Made by a program: the position numbers and the translations under genes | NCBI GenBank assembly: GCA_044892525.1 | Contig: CM097885.1 | Location: 7,566,001-7,626,000, forward strand | Length of the DNA: 60,000 bases | From: Schmidtea polychroa | Taxonomy: Eukaryota | Direction of reading: 5' to 3' | Notes under the pieces: model-generated | Seen by the model: the letters and a program-made list of their open reading frames with translations, nothing else | Database searches by the model: none | What the model was told of the DNA's origin: nothing | Part shown: positions 13,822 to 51,969 of the stretch, piece by piece | Numbering within the stretch: the first letter of the stretch is position 1 | Layout: each line of letters opens with the position of its first letter

Positions 13822-14310
13822 TGAAAACTGAATTCCCAATAAAAGAATTTATTTTTTCAGATTCTAAAAAATCGATACAAAACCTGAAATTATAACTCCA
13901 CAATTGTCCGCGTCTGCGTGCACAAACAAATCCCTCCAACAAAGTAAAAAGCGGCCACAGGCGCGAGAACCGATAATTAACCGTTTCCTATAATATAACA
14001 AAAAAATCAATAATCTAACATTATAGAAACATACTTTGAATTCACGTTGATGTTCTTAAAATATTATCACATGTAGGAGTATTTGACAATAAGATCGATG
14101 TCAAGCCGGTCTGTGTGATTTGTTTTTTGCAGATAATCACAATTCCATTATTGAAAGTTGCAGATCGGAGTGTTGGTGTCCGAAATAGATATCCTGTTTC
14201 ATCAAACGCCACAGAACCGTTTCCTATAATATAACAAAAAATCAATAATCTTACATTTTAGAAACATACTTACTTTGATTTCACGTTGTTCTCATTTACA
14301 CCCGTTTGCG

Positions 14311-14344
<34 letters not shown>

Positions 14345-14346
<2 letters not shown>

Positions 14347-15050
14347 CTGAGTTTTAGATTAATTTAAGTCGGTTCCCTCTGACTCCTCGTGTCCTTTAAA
14401 TCAAAACAATAGACGACCCAACGTATATTGAAATAACAGATTCACAATTCTTTATCACCACTCTACAATTAATAATCAAGGTTCCGTTTGAACGATTCTC
14501 CGCTCGGTGTTGATGCTTTGCAAATAAATAATATTCACCTTTTATTCCTTTTGATTTTCTTGACCCACGTTTTCCTCGGTTTCTGTTTGATTTGATTCCT
14601 TTTTCACTTTTCCGTATTTCTAATTCTGTCTTCTTTTCCCTAATTTCCTTAATTCGTTTTGCTATTCCTAACTCGGTTTCTTCTAACCTTAGCTGAGGCA
14701 AAAGTCCGATTTTCTCTAATTTTCCCTTTCCTTATATACTCCTCAAAATCGGGATGACAAATGGTTATTGCCGAGCCAATCTTTCACTTGACATTTGCTT
14801 CCACGTATCTGTCCAACGAACCAAGATAATTAATGGCCCTTCCGGCCTTTCTACACGCACTATCTTCTTGCTCTTTTCCAATTAATCATTGTGTCAAGCT
14901 AATGGGCCAAATCTTTCTTCTGTTTGCTTTTCTTCTTGTTTAACCAGCTCGGGTTTCCTTCATATCTCGGTTTCTAGTAATCTTCATCTTAGTGGTTTTA
15001 TTTTCTGTTGTTTTGAAGTTCAGGAAAATGGAAAATATATAATATAAGAT
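14345..15050 (-). mobile_element. Probable LTR-derived fragment next to a (TA)n tract
   Basis: Begins with TG directly after (AT)n and has strong pyrimidine skew. It shares CTGACTCCTCG-TGTCCTT with the segment at 54423. Right boundary uncertain. Confidence 0.35.
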
Positions 15051-15410
15051 AGTTTATTGAGTTAGAAGATTCTCGAAAATAATATCAAAACTTTGGTAAT
15101 TTAGTTTCTGATAAATTTGGTTTTGATTTAGGCTTGCTTCTGTATCCAATTTTTCTTTTTCATTTTTGTCTTAATTTTTTCTTCGATTTTTTTTCGATTA
15201 ATTTTTTTTTATTTGTCAATTTACTATCGCTATACAGTTTTTTTTAACATATTGTTTCCCAAATGTTAAGGGTGCAGAAATGAATGTAAAAACAAAACCT
15301 ATTTGAGGTTCTGTTTTAAATCATAACAACAAAAAAAATGTAACATGTTATTAATAGTAAAATATTCCAATTTTCCCAGCTTGTCTAATAAATATTTAAT
15401 TTTAAAATAA

Positions 15411-15523
15411 TGTTGGGGTTTCACCTCGGCTGACTACTCTACAATATTGTCTGGTCTAAGGGTTGATTGTCCCTCTCGAATAAAATGTGCCGCCGCTTTG
15501 TCGACCCGGGGTGAAACCCTACA
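15411..15523. mobile_element. 113-bp TG...CA segment with ~22-bp terminal inverted repeats (mini-LTR or MITE)
   Basis: TGTTGGGGTTTCACCTCGGCTGAC ... GTCGACCCGGGGTGAAACCCTACA. The minus-strand purine tract GGAAGAAAG lies just before TG. TAA flanks both sides. Confidence 0.6.
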
Positions 15524-15913
15524 TAACTTTCTTCCAGCATAGTGCCCGTGAATCACTTCACGTTGGTACTGCACTATGCAGGCGAGACGCCAGCAAGCAG
15601 GTGAGCTTCTGCCTTAAAACTACTCCTTGCTGAGGCCTCGACTTCCCTTTCACGACTGCCGATAGAAGGGCTTACGTCCATTTCATTACCCCACCAGTTT
15701 CCAGGATTTCACGAGAATAAATCAGGGATTATTCGTTAACTCTCGAAGACGCTATATTCAACTTATTCAATTAAAATCTGAAAGTTATAAACGAAAGTAA
15801 GTAAAACGACAAAATTTATTAGTATTCAAGATTAATACACAAGGAGTTAATCGTACACATCACGAGTATTCGTTGAGAAAAAAGAAATGTCACAATAAAT
15901 GCGATACGACTTC

Positions 15914-16681
15914 CTAACGGACTTCAGGAATCTCATTTTCCCATTCGGTTTCGGCGAGCAACTCGTTCAGATCAAAGAATTCGGAGGCATTTTCCTCCCA
16001 TGTCACGCCAGCCGCCGAGATGATGCGCGCTGGGTCCCCTATCGTCAAGTCGATGGACACTCGAGAACTACCACCGCCAGTAGAGTCTTCTATTGATGGG
16101 AGGCTTGGCTTGGTGGACGCACGCTCACGCTGCCTCCGCTTTCGTTCCGCACGCGATAATTGTTTGCGCTTGGGTTTGCTCGTGGTTGTGGTTGTTTGAA
16201 GCACAGTGGGTATAGAGATGTTAGCAGCTGAAGTCTTGCTAGTACCCGTGAGGCTAACGTCCGGTCGCCTAGGTGAAAGTTCGGTTTCCACGCAGTCTCG
16301 ACACGGTCTCTTGAACGGTGGAGATGGATTCGATGAAAGGTTGTGATGAGGCGGAAAGATGTTATCGGCCTCTTTGATAGGAATCTGCACTATCCTTTGG
16401 GTTGTAGCCGCCTTTACGTAGACTTTGTGCAGTGCCTCTGACTGTTCTTTGATGAGACTTCTTTGGGCACGGCTCTCAGATATTAGCGCGTCCCGGCAAT
16501 GTTCGCTACGATCGAGTTTCTTTTGGGTCTCTTTCACCCGAGCGGGACTAAACCATGTCCCTTCTAGTTCGTCTATCTTCCTTTTGTAACGTCCAATCTG
16601 GGTTTGCAGGTCTTTGATGATGGCGTTTTTATCCGCGCAAGAGAAGCACGGACGCAACGCAGGTTTGGTAGTTGGTATCAT
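15914..16681 (-). CDS. Orphan 255-aa protein (CxxC, coiled coil, CxxC, Arg-rich, acidic tail), probably mobile-element encoded
   Basis: Uninterrupted intronless ORF (open from 16780, first ATG at 16681), much more GC-rich than its flanks. Motifs: PCFSC, heptad-like IIKDLQTQIGRYKRKIDELE, PCRDC, KPKRKQLSRAERKRRQRER, EFFDLNELLAETEWENE. Confidence 0.6.
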   Translation of the reverse strand: MIPTTKPALRPCFSCADKNAIIKDLQTQIGRYKRKIDELEGTWFSPARVKETQKKLDRSEHCRDALISESRAQRSLIKEQSEALHKVYVKAATTQRIVQIPIKEADNIFPPHHNLSSNPSPPFKRPCRDCVETELSPRRPDVSLTGTSKTSAANISIPTVLQTTTTTSKPKRKQLSRAERKRRQRERASTKPSLPSIEDSTGGGSSRVSIDLTIGDPARIISAAGVTWEENASEFFDLNELLAETEWENEIPEVR

Positions 16682-18782
16682 GCTCGCTATAAAGAATGAG
16701 GTTAAGACGTAATATGTACATGGTTGAAGAAAATACGTGGAATACGAATAATCGACTGCCCGTGGATATTCAGCCACCAAACAACAATGAATGTCCTTAC
16801 TCGTCGATTTAGATTATGTACAAAATTACTTAATTCCATTAAATAATACTAGTTTGACGGATAAAATTCTTTACCTAACTGAACTATACTGATTTGACGA
16901 ATGTAATTCGATTAATACAGGTTCAGGGATACCTTTACTAATCCTAAAATTTCTCCTACCAATCCGGAATTCCATTTATGATCAAAAATTACGCGACCTT
17001 GACGCTAACAACCTTCCCAACGCTCTTGCCCCCTTCACCCACTCGTATGATATTATAGGTGGTGGTTTGAGGATCGATGATATTTAGTAAAATATTAGAA
17101 TAATAATAATAATATAATGATGTTTAATGAAAACTTTGATACATTATTTATCGTGCTTTGTTGAAGATTCTTACGATTATTTAAATGGGCTACTGAACGA
17201 AATTGTTAGTATTATCTGTAAGCCTAATTTAAATTATTCTAATTTTCCAAAACATAAATAATTTGTAACTAATTTAAGAGTGCGATTTGTGATCGTAATC
17301 AGGATTATAATTATCTGGTGATTATTCCATAATTAGTCTAGACCAAATCTTTATCCAGTAGTATGTGAGAAGTGATAGCTTGAGTACAATAGTCTCGGAC
17401 CAGTTGCTATCTAACATGTTTCTCCGTCATTATCTCGCAGAGAGGAAAAATTACTATCAGTATGGCATATGGCCAAGTTTGTTGCTGATGATATTTACCT
17501 GAGAATTGACTCATGTCTCTCATGCGAATGTTCTCCATGTCAGTGTGTTGTGTGCATGCATTATGTGAACTCTCGTATGTCTGCCGTGTCGATGTGAATT
17601 TGCGTGTGGTTGTTTATTACTTGAAATGAATTTTGGATTTTATCGCGCTTGCTGCTAATTCCATCAACATCCCGCCACTCATATGTTATCCGATACTCAT
17701 TGTGCGGTGGATTATGTAGATTTCCTCTTGCTACTGCTGATGTTTCTCAATATGAAGTTAAAATCAAAAATTGGACTCTTATTGGAATTTTCGACGATCA
17801 ATAAGAAGGTAATGAAGAAAACTACATTCGACCCCTCTTGGTACTACACTGAAAAATTGGATTTTACTCATCGGATTCGTGAATTTCGCAACTATGCCTT
17901 AGACATTGCCTGTTCGATCTCTGGGGAAGGTATGGCATTGAACTAGTTTTCTCTTTGTATAAAATAAATTTTGTTGAATTGAATTTAGAGATATTTCGTA
18001 ATTCTGTAAATATTTTTGGAATTAATTAATTTTTGGGATTCGCTACCATATGTACTCTCGACCGATTTATCAAAATTAATTATGTGCGAAAAAATACGAT
18101 AGACTACATTCAGGGAGTTCTGGAAGCTGAAAGTCACAGGATCTAATTTTCGTAAAATCATGCATTCAGGTGATGTAGGTTATGAAATGACACCAAATTT
18201 TTAGACGAAGTTACTGAATAATTATATGACAAGTTTCTGATAACTAAGATGTGATAAAGTTCAAGAAAACGAACCGATGAGCTAATAGCGTGACCCCTCA
18301 ATCACCGTGCGAATTGTCAAAAACGCATCCATTTATACATCTGTCTTTTCAATCACTGTCTAACTACGGTTTTCCTAGGGCAATCTTTTTAGAGAATTTA
18401 GTCGCACCTTCAGCGATTGGACCCGTGAAGAAGCCTTCACTTTTCGGCCCAATCTAGCTGCGTGATTGAAATACTCCATGTCCACCGGCTGAGCTCCCGA
18501 AGGCACCTCATACCATGACATGGAGTATCTCAACTCCACGTTACTCGTTACTTTGAACAGCATAAAAATATACTTCATAAAAATAATCATAAGAATTGCC
18601 AAATCATATCGAATTAATGCCTTTAGATTTTTAAACCAGTTAATTTATCAAATTTATTAATCGGGATCAAGTGAAAAGAAAAGATCAAATGTAACTTAAA
18701 ATTTTAATTATTTAATAAATATACATAGTTATTGTTACTTCAAAAATTAAGAATAACAAATGAATACAATCTCTTACTGTCA

Positions 18783-19319
18783 CGTTAGGCTGAATCGAAA
18801 TATAAGGCTCGTCTTTTCCAAAATAGTCAACTGGTGTCGAAGCTGGTAGTCGGTTTTATGAGGTTCTCGAGTAGTTTCTCTGAATTTATTGAAGGTTTTC
18901 TGGTCCTAGAGTCAGTCCTGTAATGTTTTTCAAATTAACACTGATTTTTATGATTTTGGCGTTGGTTTATATACCAATTTTTCATTTACGCGGACCAATC
19001 AAAATTGAGTACCGCTTATTTTATTAAATTTATTTGTTTTTTCCTATTTCTTTGGATATTTTACTTATTTTCCTATTTTTATTATATCTTTTATTTATTT
19101 CCTAAATTCCTTATTATTTATTGCGTTTTCCGGTATCTTATTTATTATGTTATTACTTTATTTTTTTAATTTTTTAATTTTAATTTTTTTTTTTTTTTTA
19201 ATTTTTATATCCTATTTATGGTTGATTTATTTATTCCTAAAATTGGTGGTCTTATTTTATTTTATTCGCCTCTTATCTATCTTATTTTTCGACGATCATT
19301 TTTCCGATTCAGCCCAACA
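18783..19319. mobile_element. Solo-LTR-like or MITE-like element with ~15-bp inverted termini
   Basis: CGTTAGGCTGAATCG ... CGATTCAGCCCAACA. No TSD resolved. Confidence 0.5.
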
Positions 19320-19494
19320 ATAAGATAAGAGTTAAAAATGATTTGTTTTATAAATTATTTTCAAAATCGGCATGGTACAGTTCAGTCTGTCTTATTATGC
19401 GATACCTTGTATAAATCCTCACTATCTTTGTAATTATGGAACACTCTATCCAGTAAGCCTCTGTTACTTTCTGGAAGTGTTGTGACGAAAATTT

Positions 19495-20453
19495 TGTTGA
19501 GGATACCTAAATAACAATTTATAAATAAATAAATAAAATTACCTGGGGGAAGATCGTCATGACAAACAGGACGATCTAAGGGAACTCAGAAAAGAAAACG
19601 GAAGCAAAAAGAAATGAGAAAGAGGAAGGAAACAAAAGAAATAAAACAAGAAAACAAAAACCAAGATCAGTACTAATTAATTAGTACAAAAAGGAAAAGG
19701 AATTTCAAAATCGGTAAAAAAGAAAAACAACAATATTCTTATCTCGACAGCTTGCCAGTGATAACGTAATTGCTGGGAGAAGGCGGTTGAACAAGAATGG
19801 AAATAGGGAAACTATCTTGACAGCCGTCAAAGATAAAAAGAGAACAGTCGGGAAAGGCAAGAGAAAGAAAAGTGGAAAACATTTGATTATCTCGAGTGCC
19901 ACAAATAAAACAAGCTATATAAAAAGAAACAGTTGAACATAAAAAACACACAAAATTCAGACAAAAGAGAGAGACAAAATTATATAAAATCGGGACAAAG
20001 TGAGACAAATTTAAGAAACAAATTGAGAGACAATTTGAGAGACTAGTATAGAAACGAATTTGGGAGAAAAAGTTATTGAAGAAAAATAAGAAAACGTCGG
20101 ATGAAACTTTGTTGGAGAAACCATTGTGAAAATGAATTGTGAAGAATAATTGTTGGAGAAGATTTGAATAAAAGAATTATTTGAAAAAATAAACGAAAGT
20201 TACTTGAGTATTTGAATAAATTTGTGGAGAAGGTCAAAGAAAACAACCAACTCAAAGTCCCAGTTGATAAACCAATCAGTAATTTGTAATCTTTCAATCC
20301 GGTGTTATACAAAAGTGCTATTCCTCACTTAGTGTTGAAATAAGCATTGCAGAGTCACCAAGCAGAGTGTTGAATTGATTGTCAGGTAAAGTAAAAGTTT
20401 ATTTGTGATTGCATTTAAACATTTAAATTTATCACAAACCCAATAACCCAACA
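19495..20453 (+). mobile_element. Probable solo LTR (959 bp)
   Basis: TGTTG...CAACA termini with flanks AATTT and AATCT (5-bp TSD with one mismatch). Purine-skewed non-coding interior. Confidence 0.55.
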
Positions 20454-21199
20454 AATCTTTAGTCATCTACAAGATGCCCGAAAATATATCTGAATGCAAA
20501 AAATACCACAATCAAATAGAAGCCACATGGTTGTAGTCAGAAAAGGCAAAACAGCTGTATCAAAAGATATTTTCATTGTAAAATTCTTGGAATGCCTTGA
20601 TTACTAAAATTCTGGTTCACTATAATGTTATGAAATCCAAACATTTTTTGCTTTGCTGTACCTGCATGGACAGTAAACTCAATCACTGACTAACCGGTCT
20701 GGAAAACCTTTCCATGCTGGAGATAATACAGGATCACAACCTAATTGCTACATCTAATTACCATCTTTGTCATTTGCTTTGACGACTTCTAAAAGTTGCG
20801 CATTTGAAATTTAAATTGGAGTGTTTCCAAGTGCACGGTAATTACTCTAAATTGTTGATATAAATCAAAATTTACCCCCAACCTAATTTCACAGATATAT
20901 TTTGCGCCGGTTTTTCAATGACTTTAATTAATTTGCATCTAATCAAAAAATTAATAATTTAACAAATTTTGATGAAAAGATAAGAAATAAATATTTGTCT
21001 AAGATTATTTTTAACTTTTGATTTATTAAAAATAGTTGAGATTTAAAATTTTCGAAAACAAAATGAAATTTTTCCATTTAAATTTATCGAAAATATCAAA
21101 TACTAAAATATTTGTGTTTTAAAATATTACTGATACTCAATTAAATAGCAATGTTTTAAATTATCTTATTCAAAATTTATTTTTAAAATTTTATGTGAA

Positions 21200-47263
<26,064 letters not shown>

Positions 47264-48606
47264 CTCATTCTGTAATACCCAGGACGTTTTTGTTGATAAA
47301 TCCATTTTGATAATTTATAAAGGTAACTTCCGTTTGTCGTTGACAATTTGAGATTTATGCTATTTTTGTAATATTTGGCGCTTTAAGCATTAACGATTTT
47401 ATCACGATTGCGCCAATGGAATGGTATAATATAATATTTTCAACTAGAAATATCTTTAAATTTTTCCTACAAAGACGGTTTTATTTGTGATATATGCTTT
47501 TTTATTTTAACATAATTTTTAAATCAATAATAAATGAAATGATTTAATTTTATAATTAATATTGGTAAATTAATATACAATAATAAACTAAATCATTTAG
47601 TTTTTTAATTAATCTTGTTAAATCAATATTAAATAATAAATAAAAAAAATTTTATAATTAATATTGGTAAATCAATAAACAATAATAAACTAAATCATTT
47701 AGTTTTTTAATTAATCTTGTTAAATCAATATGAAATCAATATACAATAATAAATTAAATGATTTAATTTTATAATTAATATTTTTAAACATAAATTAAAA
47801 AAATTACGCTAATTTCTATGATAAGTTCATAACAATATTTTCTCGAAAGAAAAATGTTGATTTAAATTTTGTCTATCACATCAAGGTTTAGAGATAATCT
47901 TATGGATAGAAATAAATGTTTTGACTAGTTTTTACAAAAAATGGAAAAATGAGTATAATTTGAGGGTAATTTTAATTGGTTGATTATATTTTTGGTGTTT
48001 CGCTTCTCTTTTGTGGATGAGATTTGATTGGTCACGCCTCTAACTCAAACATTATTTAGCGATTGTGCTTTGACAACAATTACCTTAGTTATAGTAGTTA
48101 CATTGTTTGGATTCAGAATGTTAAAAATAAAAATTGAATAAAAAATTTTCAAAATAAAAGTGAAAATTCAAATTTAATAACTATGAAATTGTCAAAGGAA
48201 ATTAATTTTTATCTGTTTGTTGAGATAAAATTGAGACTTAATTAGTATTATTATTTATTATTAATTTATTATTATTATTATTTTTAATATTTTATTATTA
48301 TTATTATTATTTTTAATAATTATTATTGTGTTTTAATTATTTACATTTAATTATTTTTATTATTTTATTATTATTTATTGTAGTTATTTATCATAATTTA
48401 TTATTACTATTAATTGAAATATTATTGTTTTGGCCAATTTCGGGCTCGCGTCTGTGTGCGCGTTGTTGTTAGAATGGTTCTTCCTTGTATGTGTGCGCAC
48501 ACAGACACGGATAAAGTTTTTATTCTCGAAAAAGGGTGTAATTATCGAAATTGATTGGAATTCTGGAGTTTTTTTTATTAGGTTTTTGTTTGAATTTTTG
48601 GAAAAA

Positions 48607-49600
48607 ATGTCAACGGATGTTTATTCTAAATTTATTAATGAAGATGAAAATGATCGAAGGCTTAAAAGAAAGTGTATCACTGAGTAAATGGAACAAGAAG
48701 AGATCAAATTGTATAATTCCAATGGTTCAAATATTTGTTTAGTGGAGAAGGATTTCAATCACTACTTAAAGAACGTGGCTTGTCACTACCTTTTGATAAT
48801 GACGTCGATGATGTCGAGGACTCTGATTCGACTCCATTTGTCAAAAAATCTATTGATGAAAGATTCGAACCGCCTTTCTATGAAATTATTAAATTAGTTG
48901 TTCAATGTCAAAATGATGCCAATGTTGCTATTCGAAACAAATGTTATGGAATTGCGCTCAATGAATATTAACGAGGATTGGATATATTATATGCTATGCC
49001 GTTTGAGACTGGTGACGAGGAGAAAATTCAACGGGGTCATGTTTTGAAATTATATTTGAATATGGCTCATTGTGATTTGAAATTAAACTGGGGATTAATT
49101 AATCGGCATCGACACCAACGTGAAAGACCGATCAAAATAACAAAAAGAACGTGTGTTTAACAATTAAAATGAAACATAAAAAAGTAAAAGTAGTAAAAAT
49201 AACAAATACCTGACATTGACAAGGTATCCGTTTGGTCATCATTCTAGCTTCTAGGCTTCTATCTAGCGACCTTTAAACAAAGAAAACATCTACAATTAAT
49301 ATTTAAATACAAATTTATATGACTATGTTTAAATGGATCTATCCGGATCGTACCTGGAATCGGCAAATTCCAAAATCCGGAATCGGTGGGAAAATGGCAA
49401 TCGGCTATGTCCTAGAGTCTAGAGCCTAGACCATATGCAATCAAATGTTGCAATACGGTGCTTTCTAAGCAGCCGAATAATGCAAAAGCCCTTTATCAAA
49501 AAGGAAAGTGTTTGATGATTATTGGAGAATCTGAAGTTGGTATTTCAAAAAATGGTCAAACTCGAGAGCATGCTTTGTTGAGTCAAGCAAATGATAGTTG
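48607..49600 (+). pseudogene. Disrupted TPR-protein gene fragment, FKBP6/shutdown-like
   Basis: TPR-like helices NDANVAIRNKCYGIALNEY*RGLDIL, KLYLNMAHCDLKLN and, after an ~300-bp interruption, AIKCCNTVLSKQPNNAKALYQKGKCLMIIGE. Frameshifts and an in-frame stop at 48969. No PPIase domain visible. Confidence 0.55.
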
Positions 49601-49729
49601 ATGTAAATAAAACTTTGATTCAGACTTCATTTGGATTTGATTTGTTCAATAATTATTATTGTTTTTTATTATTATTATTTTTAATTATTTTTATTATTAA
49701 TAATTTATTATTATTTATTATTATAATTA

Positions 49730-51961
49730 TTACACCTAATGTAAATCCGCGTAAATTGAAAAACACCTTAAAATGCTCACAATTCAACCTGTAATATTTT
49801 ATATTTTAAAAATAACAAAACAGTACTTCATAAAGTACATTACCAAAAATAATTATCAATTAATTTTTTTGTTGGTGCGACGTCATTTGTGTAATAATAG
49901 ATGGTATTTCATGCGGTTCTGGTTCAATGGTTGATAGTTTTGAAACAATTTCAGACCGGTTAAACTTAGTAATGAAATCCGTAATTAATGACTGACTTGA
50001 ATTTCTGGTTAAATTTTTAAAACCCTCATCATATTGGATCAAGAGTTTATTAATACACCCAACTCTTTTTTTACACGGTCTTTTTTTACACGATTTTGAA
50101 ATAACACGGTCCAAAAAAAAGGAACAAATCTTCTTTTTTGCACGAAATATTCGGAATTTGACGGTTGTCGAAGCATGGAAAAGTTATACGATTATGGATT
50201 GTATTACACATGTTTTTTTTTGCCATAAAACAACTGCGGACTTCTACCTTAAATGCTTGTTGAAAGAAAATATGGCGAACATGTGTTAAAATTAGTAACT
50301 CTGTAATACAAAATGCAGTTGTGTGTTCTGAAATTGTAACGCTTTCACATGAAATTGGTGGTGAGGGCTTTGAAAATATGCAAGTTGCGGATATAGAGGA
50401 GTTGATGCTTGAAAAACCTTTAGATAATGAGAACTTGATTGAAGCTATAACAGTTAATGGTATTAATGAGAACCATAGTGACGAAGACGAAGGTGAAGGT
50501 GAAATGCATCAACTAACTTCTGATTTAAATCGCGATTGCTTAAAATTTGGTACCAGTATGGAACAATTTTTTCTCACTCATGATCTTAACGTGGAACGTG
50601 CATTAAAATTCCAACAGAATTCACAGGTTAGTATGGTTGGCTATCAAGAACTTTATAAGGAAGTTAAAAAGACAAACACCCAGCAGCTTATAACAGATTT
50701 TATCATAAGAAAACCAATATCAGATTTGGTAGACCTAAGTGAGTAAAGCAATTTTAGCCAGTCTATAATAAACGTGCACGCCTATTATAAAGTAGTGATA
50801 AATAAATATTACTTGGTAAATAAGACTTATATTTCCAATTTTTTATCTATTTTTAATAAAAACATGTATGGATTATATGTTGTAAAACTTATATAATATG
50901 GTTTCAAGATTTACTATTTTTTTGCACGGTTTTTTAGAACAACTAATGGTTCCTTTTTCTATTTTACACGGTTTTCTATAATTGTAGAACACATCCTCAA
51001 TTTTACTATGGTTAACATGTCTTTTTTTACACGAGTTTTTTTTACACGATTTTCGTTGGAACGTATTTACCGTGTAAAAAAAGAGTTGGGTGTATTTCGC
51101 TGGAATTACAGACCTCGTTCAATATTCGGATCAATTTATAGAAAGTGGTTACCCAATTTTCGTCCTAATTCAAGTCCTTCGCGAATTTTCTTTTCTGTAA
51201 ATACACTTGGTTCAGACTCTTCTTCGTTAATATCATCGTCGCAATCAGCTGTATTAGTTTTATCAATAATCCTCATTTAGTTCTTCATCGGCCATTAGTT
51301 CTATAATATTTCCCTCAACTATATACTCAAAACCTTCTCCTTCCAATGTATGTGCCAACTCCGTTATCTGGGAGTATTCATGTTCTAAAGGAAAAGTAGA
51401 AATTTCACTTTGACCGTGTATGTCAATCAAATGTGCTTAACACAATCTAAAATCGTAAATTTCTTCCGATTCCATTACTTAAAGATTGATCATCTTCCAT
51501 TTCATTTAAAATGTACCTGAAGGTTAGCTTGATGTCCAGTCCTGTCGAAATTATTCCTTGATCTAACGGCTGTAGTAAAGAAGTCGTATTCTTTGTCAAA
51601 AATGCAACTTGCACATTTTCGTATTACAAATCGGGGGGATGACCTGGAGCATTATCAATTAGGAGAAGCGCCTTAAAAGGCAACCCATTTTCATTTAAAT
51701 TCCTTTTGACACCTGGGACTAAAAACTGATGAAATCATTTATTAAAAAGTGAGGCTGTAACCTACGCTTCCTTATTGGCCATCTAATAAACAGGGAGGAA
51801 GTTGATGTTAACTCCTTTAAATGCCCAAAGATTTTTTATATGATTTCATTGTATGAACTCCTGAAACATTACTAGCAAATAGGATAGTTATTCGACTTTT
51901 GGCAGCATCTGAATCTGCAGATGCTAGTTCACCCTTCAATCAATTTAGGTAATGAATGTCT
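49730..51961 (-). mobile_element. Degraded pogo/Tigger-type DDE transposase element (outer, interrupted)
   Basis: Minus strand reads LLIDNAPGHP (~51635-51665), NTTSLLQPLDQGII (~51550-51592) and C-terminal QSLITDF (~49980). Many stops. Confidence 0.75.
50056..51092 (+). mobile_element. Internally deleted pogo/Tigger-type element nested in the outer one
   Basis: TIR CACCCAACTCTTTTTTTACACGG / CCGTGTAAAAAAAGAGTTGGGTG with TA on both sides. Remnant ORF 50321-50746 (IGGEGFENMQVADIEELM...QQLITDF). Confidence 0.88.
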
Positions 51962-51969
51962 ATTTAGAT

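Noticed and set aside
14396..14701. Lys/Arg/Glu-rich 101-aa ORF
   Set aside because: It has no ATG start and is explained by purine skew in an LTR-like sequence.
19330..20830. Possible decayed minus-strand gene split by the solo LTR
   Set aside because: Short codon-like stretches with many stops, and no family recognised.
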